From positions 1-64,000 of the forward strand of contig CM000432.1 of the NCBI GenBank assembly GCA_000165345.1: 64,000 nt of DNA. The letters are read 5' to 3'. Under the pieces are notes generated by a model. It did no database searches, was not told the origin of the DNA, and saw only the letters and a list, made by a program, of their open reading frames with translations. The position numbers and the translations under genes are program-made. The stretch's first letter is position 1. Every line of letters begins with the position of its first letter. This document shows, one piece after another, positions 36,201 through 45,226 of the stretch.

Positions 36201-37083
36201 CATAATCTTGTTTAGTACCTTTATTTCCTTGGTTCTTATTTCTTTTTGAACCATGGTAAATGTGTACTTTTAATGAACCAGGTTTTGTAAATCTTTCAAT
36301 TTCCTGTTTCCATTGTAGCACTGCTGCGACAGGAGCAATTACCAAATTTTTTCCAATAACTTCTCCTTTTTCTGCTTTATTTGTAACAGGTGGAATATCA
36401 TGTTCTAGAATTAATGATATTGTCTGAATGGTCTTTCCCATACCCATTTCATCAGCTAAAATACCTCCTCTTGCAGTTGATTTTTCCTGATTACAAAGCC
36501 ATGCTAAACCTTCTTTTTGAAATTGTAATAATTCATATGTAAGTTTTATGGGGGTAGGTTTTACTTCTACAATTGAACGGCTAATTAGGTCATCTGAGTT
36601 TTCAATGGTGAATTCATTAGGATTTGTTATGATTTCTTTTGTGCACAAATCAAGAAATTCGTCCCTTATTCCAATAGGTAAACAACTCCAACCATAGGTA
36701 ACTTCTGAAATTCTCCTCTCAATTTCATCTAAGTTAAATTCATGGCCTTGAATTGCTTTTTTAAGATACTTTTGCGAGCAAGGATTAATGTGGTTCCATC
36801 TATTTATTATCCCATACATTCCTCTTCTATCATATTCAGGCACACCTAGTCTATAAGTACCTTTTGTTATTGTTTTTCCACATACTGCACATCTAGATAT
36901 ATTACTCGGAGTCAAAACAGCAACAAATAATTTTTGTTCTATAATACTCTTCTGATCTTCATCCAATTCATCTATTTTTAAATTTGGTACCCATTCTTTA
37001 ACTTTTGGCTCCCAGTATGCATTATTTAAAAGTACAATAGGTTTTCTGCTACTAAGCATTTCTCCCAAGTCAGGATCTGCCAT
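33247..37083 (-). CDS. SNF2-family DNA-dependent ATPase with an embedded RING finger (RAD5/RAD16/HLTF-like) and an N-terminal PARP-type zinc finger
   Basis: DEXH box [20 protein letters not shown] is present. The HELICc block [47 protein letters not shown] is present. A RING (CYICMDNV...CKHGFHIKC) sits between the helicase lobes. The N-terminus has [11 protein letters not shown]...RWNHINPC (zf-PARP-like). Acidic and basic low-complexity insertions are present. Confidence 0.85.
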   Translation of the reverse strand: [1278 protein letters not shown]

Positions 37084-37555
37084 TTTTTTTGTAAATTAGT
37101 AAATAATTGTCTTATTTCAATTTTCATTAATTTATCTATTTATCGATAATTATATCTGATTTTTCCCTCTTAATGCTTGCGACAATTACAAATATTTTTT
37201 TATACCGGTGTTTTAATATTAAACCGGTAATACACGTAATATATTTGAAACGTATTTTTATTATTTAAATTAAACAAAAATAAGATATATAATAAATATA
37301 CTTGTGTTTATTACATTTTGTATAATGTTTGTTTTAAGTATATTAATAGATTAAAAACTTACTATCTTAAGAATTTCCGAAATAGTTTTGTCACGCAATA
37401 ATATTAATTTGATTAGAATGATTAATAATACAAAAGAAAATGTTTAATATATTTTTAAAAAATAAAATAGTAATTTTAACTAATTTAATTCAATGGTTTA
37501 ATACAGAAATTTAGATATTATTTAGAATGTAATATAATATATATGCACGTATTTC

Positions 37556-38959
37556 TTAAAATATCATTCCTTGGTATGGAGTAAATGAGATAGAAGTGCT
37601 GCTTCCCAATTTAGAATCGCTTCCAGATAGTGTTTCAATCTTACTACTAGAACTAGAGCTTTTTAGGCTTCCAACTTGAAGACCTCTAATTCTTCTACCA
37701 CCTTCACCGGCGCTCAATAGTCCCAAACCAATGGTTTTCCCATCAACAGTGTATTCTTCCTCTTCCTCTCCGAATTTCATTCTATTCATCTCTTTTTTAA
37801 TTTTAGTTTGTTTGAATTTTTCTTTAATTTTTCGAATTCTTTTTCCACCTCTCCTAGATTTTGGAAAATCTTTTGGAATAGGAAGTGGCTTTTTCATAGG
37901 TTTTTGAGGAGGTTCCTGAGCTTTTTCTAAAATATTAAGTATATAGTTTCGATAGTTAACTCCATGATCTGGACTTTTATCTGTACTAGAGAAGTCAATT
38001 CTTGCACATAATCCACATTTTAAAGATACAAGTCTGATTGCCTTCTTCTTATATTTATCTTGAATGTTTCTTACAATATCGCTTTGAGAAATAATGCTTT
38101 GAAGTAATTCTAACCTTACTGGACCAGTAGAAAAGTGACCATTTTTTTTATTGTTTTTTAAGCTTCCAAGTACCATAATGTTTTGTGATGGCATTTCCGC
38201 TAAATTTTTAAGTCCTCCTGAGACACATAAAAGATTAGCAGCAATTTCGGGGCCAATTAATGCAGACAGATTTGGAGTAATAGCCTCTATTTGAAATTGT
38301 AGAAATTCTAGTATTTTTGATTTACTTTCGTTGATTTGATTAACAAAATCAATACATTTTAAAATTGATTCTTTCTTTTCTAAAGTTGGAATGTTTCTTT
38401 TGCTAGTACTTGAAGAAATGGTAATTGTCATAATTGTAGAGTTTGGTAAAATATCATTAAGCTTCACATCTTCAAAGTTTTCATGAGTAATTATCCTTTT
38501 CACAACTTCTAAATAGTCTATCTTGTTTATTATTATACTTGCAAGCTCACCAAAGTGATCCTTATATAAAGCTTTAACACATTCATATTTTTCTGAAACT
38601 TTTGAATCAATTATTCCTACTATATCTATAATTTCTTGAAATGTACCATAAATTTCATTACCAAAATCTTTTAATTGGTAATTTGAATTCATAACATTAG
38701 TTGATGAATCGATCATTTTTCCAAATAATCGGTCATTTAAATTACCGATTTTACTAATAATTTCATCATCACTATATTTCCCATCTTCGGAAATCTGGCC
38801 TTTATTGTTAATATTGCTAGATGCTGAATAATCAAGATCTTCCAAATCTTTCAACAGTAATTCCTGCAATGAAGACTGATATGATTGAAGATAGACGAGA
38901 AGAAAAATACATAAATTAATCAATAATGTGGGATTAAGAACATGAAATTAACTTACCAT
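37556..38959 (-). CDS. PRP31: U4/U6 snRNP protein PRP31 (Nop domain), 2 exons: join(37556..38875,38957..38959). The first exon is the ATG only.
   Basis: Nop domain LSALIGPEIAANLLCVSGGLKNLAEMPSQNIMVLGS...RLVSLKCGLCARID...KPLPIPKDFPKSRRGGKRIRKIKE matches PRP31 (LSALIGP..AAKL...GGL..LAKMPA.NI..LG). ATG at 38959-38957 is followed immediately by GTAAGT. The acceptor caatcatatcag is at 38877-38876 and the intron is 81 nt. The spliced N-terminus MSSLQELLLKDLEDLD parallels human MSLADELLADLEE. Confidence 0.85.
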
Positions 38960-39054
38960 TATTAATTTATTTTTATTCAAAATCAGTTCATTTTTAGAAA
39001 AAGAAACGAAGAAAAAATATAAAAAACAAAAAATATAAATTAAATATCAAGTGT

Positions 39055-39062
39055 TGGCGCCT
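39055..39062. promoter_or_regulatory. TTGGCGCC motif just upstream of the PRP31 start, between PRP31 and the next gene's 3' end
   Basis: Read directly. Confidence 0.3.
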
Positions 39063-39094
39063 AATTTTAAATTATTGTCATGAAAATCTTTTTA

Positions 39095-39976
39095 TTAATT
39101 AGTAAGCTTTCGCCTTTTGGAGCGGAGAATCATATGGGAATTCCATGCTCTAATTAGCTTTATAGATGCATTTGTATTCGTAGCTGTTGACTGAATAACT
39201 AAATCTTGATCTACATTTTCGTAATGAATTGTTGCATCATTCTGAAGACTATTAGAACTGCAGATTTCTTTCTCAGCTACCTGCTCTGTAATTAAATCAA
39301 TGAATGAGTTTTTTACATCCGTCTCTGGTTCTAGGCTGTTGTTATCATTGCTGATTTTCAAGGAAGTACTATTTTTCGAGTTAAGTGGGATATCACTTTT
39401 CTCAACAATTGAACTGTAAGATACAACCTCTCCCAAATCCTCAACTTCTTCATCAAAGTATTGCATCTGTAACGGTTCTGAAGTTTTATTTATGAAGTTC
39501 GAATTTATTTTATTATTTTTATGACTATTTATAGAAATGGAGCTGCTTTGATTAGAGTGGCTTGACTTAACTGGTATAGTAGGAATAATATGATCGATAG
39601 TAACCTTAATATTAATTATCACTGAAAATATTCTACTCAAAATGGAAAATAAAAGGAAAACCAAAGTCAAGAAAAAGCCGTGTGATAATAATCTAGAAAT
39701 AGATGTTCCAGCATCCTTAAGATCCCATTTAATTCTGCGAACTATTTTTCTGAGGTCTTTGAGATTTTTATAGTAATTTTCAGCATTTTCTGTGGATTTA
39801 TTATTATAAAATGTTTCTTGCAAAGCAATATAAAAAAGTTTGAGTTCTTTTGTAATCCTAAAGATACTCTTAAAATAACCTAGCCTACCATGTTGATTCT
39901 TAAATTTATATATAACTCTTTCAAGTAACTTTAGCTCTTGAGATAAGGCTTTACAGTAGTAGTTAATTTTTTCCAT
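39095..39976 (-). CDS. hypothetical protein, possibly an RNase MRP subunit RMP1-like (NEPRO/RMP1 N-terminal domain)
   Basis: The N-terminal ELKLLERVIYKFKNQHGRLGYFKSI resembles the RMP1 signature L.LL.HRNKNQHR...W. It is followed by a hydrophobic block, as in yeast Rmp1. Weak similarity only. Confidence 0.3.
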   Translation of the reverse strand: MEKINYYCKALSQELKLLERVIYKFKNQHGRLGYFKSIFRITKELKLFYIALQETFYNNKSTENAENYYKNLKDLRKIVRRIKWDLKDAGTSISRLLSHGFFLTLVFLLFSILSRIFSVIINIKVTIDHIIPTIPVKSSHSNQSSSISINSHKNNKINSNFINKTSEPLQMQYFDEEVEDLGEVVSYSSIVEKSDIPLNSKNSTSLKISNDNNSLEPETDVKNSFIDLITEQVAEKEICSSNSLQNDATIHYENVDQDLVIQSTATNTNASIKLIRAWNSHMILRSKRRKLTN

Positions 39977-40023
39977 TACATTTCTTAAAATGTCATAAGT
40001 GAATTTTTAAATTGAAATTAAAG

Positions 40024-40032
40024 TGGCGCCGG
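40024..40032. promoter_or_regulatory. TGGCGCCGG motif in the divergent promoter between 39095..39976(-) and 40092..40415(+)
   Basis: Read directly. Confidence 0.3.
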
Positions 40033-40091
40033 ACTAAATCTAAATAAAAATTATTAAACAAGATTGAGATTAGAATTCAATTACACTAAAT

Positions 40092-40415
40092 ATGAGCACA
40101 AATCAAAATATTGATATTGAAAAGTGGCAAAAAGAGTTTTTTTCAGTTGAAAAGTCTTCACTTCCTCAAGAAGACACTAGAATAAATTCTTCTATAAAGG
40201 ATGAAAGAAGTTTAATAGAACAAAAAATATCTGAAGAGATACAAACTTTAGAGCTTATGAATCCTGATGCATTTAATAGAATTCCTATGATATATGAAAA
40301 GAAGGATCCAAGTTATATTGAAGAAAATTGGAGAGAATATAGAGGGCATCTTACACAAGATTATTTAAAAAAGTCAAAACAAGCAAATAGAAAGTTAAAA
40401 AAACAAAATTTGTAA
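40092..40415 (+). CDS. hypothetical small basic protein, 107 aa
   Basis: ATG-initiated ORF between a divergent promoter with a TGGCGCCGG motif and the convergent 3' end of the next gene. No recognisable domain. Confidence 0.4.
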   Translation: MSTNQNIDIEKWQKEFFSVEKSSLPQEDTRINSSIKDERSLIEQKISEEIQTLELMNPDAFNRIPMIYEKKDPSYIEENWREYRGHLTQDYLKKSKQANRKLKKQNL

Positions 40416-40499
40416 TTAAAATCCTGATTTACTTATTTCAGAGAAATCTGATTACGCTACCACTTCATTTAAATCTATTATATACATTATTATCTATTG

Positions 40500-43400
40500 C
40501 TAGTAAATATGATCATTTAAAGTCAGAATTTTTAATTTTAAAATACACGACATTTTTCTCAAACCTTTATTGTTGTCATTATTTGATGAGTTTGTTAGTG
40601 ATTTTACAATATCATCTTTGATATTTGTTCTGAAAACTGTTGGAAACTTGAATATTTGAGAAATTATTAAATTGCATAAAAACCTAACTAGAGCGTTTGG
40701 ATGATTTTCCAATATATTTGAAACCAAAATAGAATATACACGAAGGTTTTCTAATACAAAATCTAGTGAGTGTTTATTTTGATTTCTCTTTTCATAAATC
40801 ATTAACTTGTTCTCTCTTGTATAATGTAATATTCTCATTAATACTGATAATAATTGCAAATTGTGAATTTGCAATTCATGCATTGACTTATTCCATTTTT
40901 CACTTTCTTTTGAAGGCTGTTTACAAATTAAAAGTTTTTTAATTTCTTTAATATATTCTGATAAATCTAAAGTAGATTCATCCTTACTAGTTTTTTCTGT
41001 TAAATATTTAACTAACTTAGGATTTTCCAACTTTACAAGTTGATACTTTTCAAAATTTGTACATTCAATCAGACTTATCATTAATATAAGATTAATTGAA
41101 CTTGAAGATAAACTATCAACAATATTTTTAATGTTCAAATTACTCATACTAGAAATAATTGGAACTAGCAATAGAGGATAATCATATGATTCTCTTTCAA
41201 CATATGGGCTTAAAGGATAAATTCCAGAAAATGATTCTAATAAAATATTATGAACTTTTAATACCTTTTCTTGAATATCTGGATGATTCAGATTAATTTT
41301 ATTATAACAATTATCAGATAAGGGTATAACTTCAGGCCAAAGCTCCTCTATTGGATCAGATGAATTGTTTTGACTTAAATATATAGGTTTCGTCTCTTGT
41401 TTATTATCTGCTTTTAGAGTAGAGTTTTTAGCATTTTCAAAATTGATAGAATTGGATGTTTTAAGTTCAGTCAATTCAAATAGGTATTTTCCAATGTTAT
41501 TATTACAGATTGTCATAATTGAAATAATTTTGCAGGAAATATTTTGGTTTGAATTAAATTGAAATTCGTTTTCAAATTTATTATAATCAACCTTTTCACT
41601 TTTATCAAACAAATATTTAGTCTTTCCAATTGTTATAGAGAAATCATTAGAATTTGGATTTTTAAGTAAGTTTAAGTCACTACCAGTAATATAAAGTGCC
41701 GAAAATAAATCAGAATATACATTTTCAATATTACTTTCACTATTAGTAGTAATTGAATCATAATAATCATGTGAAACTTTATCAAACAGCTTCTTTATTT
41801 CATTATAATTGTTCTCAAGGTGACCAATATCATTAAATAAATAATACCTCAAAGTTTTATTATAGATTATTTTATTTTTTTCTTTATAATCTAGCAAATT
41901 ATTATTTTCATCATTTTCAACTTTATTCTCTTTTGATTTTATTAGAATTAATAAATTAATTACTAGCTTTTCAACTTCCAAATTAATTAACCTGTAAATT
42001 TTCTCAGAATTATATGAATCAATATTATAGTTTTCAATTTTATTATTTATCCAGTGAATAAAAATTCTCCCAAACTTTTCCAAGAATAATTGATTTTTTA
42101 AATTACTAGAAAGTATTTGAATTAATAATTCATTAATATAGACAAAAATTAACCAGCAATTTACAGAATTATTTAATTTTGATTCAATTTCTTCAAAAAC
42201 TTCATCATTCAATGACATGATTTTGTCATTTTGATTGCTTAATTCAAAAATATGTTTGAACAATTTATATGTTAAAATTCCAAAACCTTTAGATATTTCG
42301 TAAAACAGATTTTTGTTTTCAAAAATTAGCTCATAATCTGTAATATTAGAAATTGAATCAATTATAGTTCCTACCCAATGATTAAATTTAATGGAGAAAT
42401 GATCAATAAAACAGATATTATTCCACTTTTTAGAACTCAAGATATTAATAATATTTGATATTTTTTTATTGACTAATTCCCATTTATCTAAAGACATTGT
42501 TGAAGAAATTGAATCCAAAATTGAAACATTTATATTATTTTTGATGAAAATATTTACCATATTTGAAGGAATTTCCTCCTCCTTTATAATTGTATAAATA
42601 AGATTTTCTATAATTGAATTCGAATTTTGAATAAAAGATTTTCCATCATTTTCGTTAATATTTATATTGTTTGTATCCAAATAGTTATTCCAATGTTCTC
42701 TTGACTCTAAACTATTTGTTAATAGCAAAAAGGCACTTATCCCAGTTATATAATTCTTTTCAATTTCAGTTCTGTGTATATAATTACTCCAATGGAAATC
42801 AAGAGCTTGAAAGAATTGGTTTATAAATTGCTTGTAATCATTCAATATATATTTGAGTATCAAGAACAGGCAAAATTGAGGTAATTCTAAGTCTTCTAAA
42901 TTTCCACTTTTACTATATTTTTCGTTTTTTTCTATACTCTCAATATAAGTAAACATTCTTGAATTAAAGGAGTCAATACAAGAATCTTGAACTTCTTCTG
43001 AGTCCAATTTTTCAGATTTTATTTCCTTTTCAATATTATCTTTAGCTTCTGATGCTTGAAAATATTGATTGTTTTCATTAGAATCTGTTAGATAAAGTGT
43101 AATTAGAAGCTTTGAATTAATATGAATTCTTTCTAGATGGTTATTATTTAAAATATCAATTAGAATAAAATTATTCTTAATATTTTCAATAACTGCTTTG
43201 TTATTTGTTAAAATAAAGATTTCCAGAATATTAAAGGCAAATAAATCTAGTTGTTGATTTGAGTTAAGCTTTAACAATAATTTTGGAATAATAAATTGAT
43301 TTACAGCTGTATTTAATATTTGTTGACCATTTCTAAATTTAAGCTCAATATTAATAAATATAAAGAAAATGCTTAACAATAATTTATATGTTGTTTCTGA

Positions 43401-44927
43401 ACAAACAACAGTATTTTTGAGAAATTCATTAATTAAAAGAAAAACACTTGAAATGTATTTATTAATAATTTCAGGGCTTATGTCATATTTTACCATTCCT
43501 AAGATAGTTAATGATTCAACAAGAATTTCTTGGTCAGATTTTTTTAAGTGGATTGGCTTGTTTGATACCTTATTATTGATAATATTAGAATCTAAGTATT
43601 TTTCCAGTTCTTTTTCATCCTCAAAGTGTAAATCATCATAATTTATGATTATATTCTCTAGTAAGCCTTGAGTATCGATGTATTCAACAATTGCTTGAAT
43701 CAAAGAATCTTGTATAATATTTGAGCAAGTTATTACAGAAATATAGGCTTCCTTTAGATCCTTAGGAGATATTACTCCAGTACGAGGTAGTTGGCTTGAA
43801 GATGATTGGAATTGAAGTGGGAAATAAGAAAATAGTACTTCAGAAATCAAATTTGAAAGAATTCCATTTTCATTCCCAGAATATAAGTCATTACTAATTC
43901 CTTGACCATTTTCGTCATTTTCTTTAATATCTTTTGAGTTGTATATTAGTTCAATATTTTGTTTCTCTTCTTCGGAAAGTTTTGGAATTCGACCATTGTA
44001 AAGTTGATAAATATCATATTCTCGATTTATTTCATGTTTTTCGCATGAAGATAAATTATTATTAATACTTTGATTATCATATTGAGAAATAACTTCTTGA
44101 AAATTTTCAATCATGTTTTGAATTAATGGAAAAGCCTTAATAAGGACTCTTGGATCTTTTTCATTCTCAATATGTTGGATAACAATAGGAACAATTCCTG
44201 GTCCAAGTCTAATTAATTCACTATAGTATTCCTTTTTATTGAATATATAAAGGAAAAAATCAATAATCTTTATTCTAGAAGAGTATATTAATTGTCTAGT
44301 GGATACTCTGTAAAGTACTTGAGTAATCAAATAGAAAGAAATACTCATTTTATAAAGTTCATCGTCATTTTTAACATCCTCAATGCCAAAATGATTAATA
44401 AACTTATGATATGAGCAAATTTCTGAGTAACTTTTAAAGTATTTCCCTTCATTAATAACCTCTCCTGGACCAAGATCTTCTAATTTTGTATTATTACCAT
44501 TCTCCAACTTAATTATAGGATTAAAATAGTATTCATCCTTAATATTTTCGTCTTCTCGTATATCAATTTTTATCTTTTGAAGTAAAGTAAAATCTTGACA
44601 AGCAAAAATACACTTAATAATCCCAATAACACTATCCACACACGCCCAATCTGAAATATAGTTCAATACAAAGCAGCTGAGTAATTTAATATGTGTTAAA
44701 GTAAAATCTTCATTTGGAAGGTAATTCAATAATACTTGTTCGATTATCTCTATTCCTCTCTTTTTTTGGGATACTATTGGTGAAACAAGCTCAGCTTCCA
44801 AAGCAACAATGAGATCTTCAATAGTTTTTTGCTTATTAGTCAGAAGAGTTGATATTATTTTAACATCATTATTTTGAAGTTTGTCACTACTAATGCAGCT
44901 GGCAATAGTAATCTCAAAATCCATCAA
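40500..44927 (-). CDS. large HEAT/ARM-repeat protein, possibly MMS19-like (CIA targeting complex), 1475 aa
   Basis: The N-terminal TIEDLIVALEAELVSPIVSQKKRGIEIIEQVLLNYLPNEDFTLTHIKLLSCFVLNYISDWACVDSVIGIIKCIF fits the MMS19 N-terminal domain pattern (tandem L-rich helices, RG, F..RL.D). The rest is helical repeat sequence with Asn-rich insertions. Confidence 0.35.
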   Translation of the reverse strand: MMDFEITIASCISSDKLQNNDVKIISTLLTNKQKTIEDLIVALEAELVSPIVSQKKRGIEIIEQVLLNYLPNEDFTLTHIKLLSCFVLNYISDWACVDSVIGIIKCIFACQDFTLLQKIKIDIREDENIKDEYYFNPIIKLENGNNTKLEDLGPGEVINEGKYFKSYSEICSYHKFINHFGIEDVKNDDELYKMSISFYLITQVLYRVSTRQLIYSSRIKIIDFFLYIFNKKEYYSELIRLGPGIVPIVIQHIENEKDPRVLIKAFPLIQNMIENFQEVISQYDNQSINNNLSSCEKHEINREYDIYQLYNGRIPKLSEEEKQNIELIYNSKDIKENDENGQGISNDLYSGNENGILSNLISEVLFSYFPLQFQSSSSQLPRTGVISPKDLKEAYISVITCSNIIQDSLIQAIVEYIDTQGLLENIIINYDDLHFEDEKELEKYLDSNIINNKVSNKPIHLKKSDQEILVESLTILGMVKYDISPEIINKYISSVFLLINEFLKNTVVCSETTYKLLLSIFFIFINIELKFRNGQQILNTAVNQFIIPKLLLKLNSNQQLDLFAFNILEIFILTNNKAVIENIKNNFILIDILNNNHLERIHINSKLLITLYLTDSNENNQYFQASEAKDNIEKEIKSEKLDSEEVQDSCIDSFNSRMFTYIESIEKNEKYSKSGNLEDLELPQFCLFLILKYILNDYKQFINQFFQALDFHWSNYIHRTEIEKNYITGISAFLLLTNSLESREHWNNYLDTNNININENDGKSFIQNSNSIIENLIYTIIKEEEIPSNMVNIFIKNNINVSILDSISSTMSLDKWELVNKKISNIINILSSKKWNNICFIDHFSIKFNHWVGTIIDSISNITDYELIFENKNLFYEISKGFGILTYKLFKHIFELSNQNDKIMSLNDEVFEEIESKLNNSVNCWLIFVYINELLIQILSSNLKNQLFLEKFGRIFIHWINNKIENYNIDSYNSEKIYRLINLEVEKLVINLLILIKSKENKVENDENNNLLDYKEKNKIIYNKTLRYYLFNDIGHLENNYNEIKKLFDKVSHDYYDSITTNSESNIENVYSDLFSALYITGSDLNLLKNPNSNDFSITIGKTKYLFDKSEKVDYNKFENEFQFNSNQNISCKIISIMTICNNNIGKYLFELTELKTSNSINFENAKNSTLKADNKQETKPIYLSQNNSSDPIEELWPEVIPLSDNCYNKINLNHPDIQEKVLKVHNILLESFSGIYPLSPYVERESYDYPLLLVPIISSMSNLNIKNIVDSLSSSSINLILMISLIECTNFEKYQLVKLENPKLVKYLTEKTSKDESTLDLSEYIKEIKKLLICKQPSKESEKWNKSMHELQIHNLQLLSVLMRILHYTRENKLMIYEKRNQNKHSLDFVLENLRVYSILVSNILENHPNALVRFLCNLIISQIFKFPTVFRTNIKDDIVKSLTNSSNNDNNKGLRKMSCILKLKILTLNDHIY

Positions 44928-45226
44928 ATTTAAATAAAATCTTGCAATAAATAAATAACTTGGAATATATAATAATAAACTTAATTATGATCAGAATATA
45001 TTTGATTATTCCTTAAGTCAAAAAGAATAAAAATATTACAATATTAATCAATTTTGCAAATATTTAAATTTGGAGCCAAAAATTATTTTAAATAATATAA
45101 TGTATAAATTTACTACAAGCGTATAAAGTGTGAGGGTATCGTAAATAATATTTTAAAAAAAATTAAATTTAATAAATATGTAATTAAAGCTAAGACTTTG
45201 TCTGAAACAGATGTAAATTCAAAGCC

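Noticed and set aside
37556-38923. Unspliced N-terminus MINLCIFLLVYLQSYQ of the PRP31 ORF
   Set aside because: It is a TTG-initiated read-through of the intron. The spliced ATG-only first exon gives the conserved PRP31 N-terminus.
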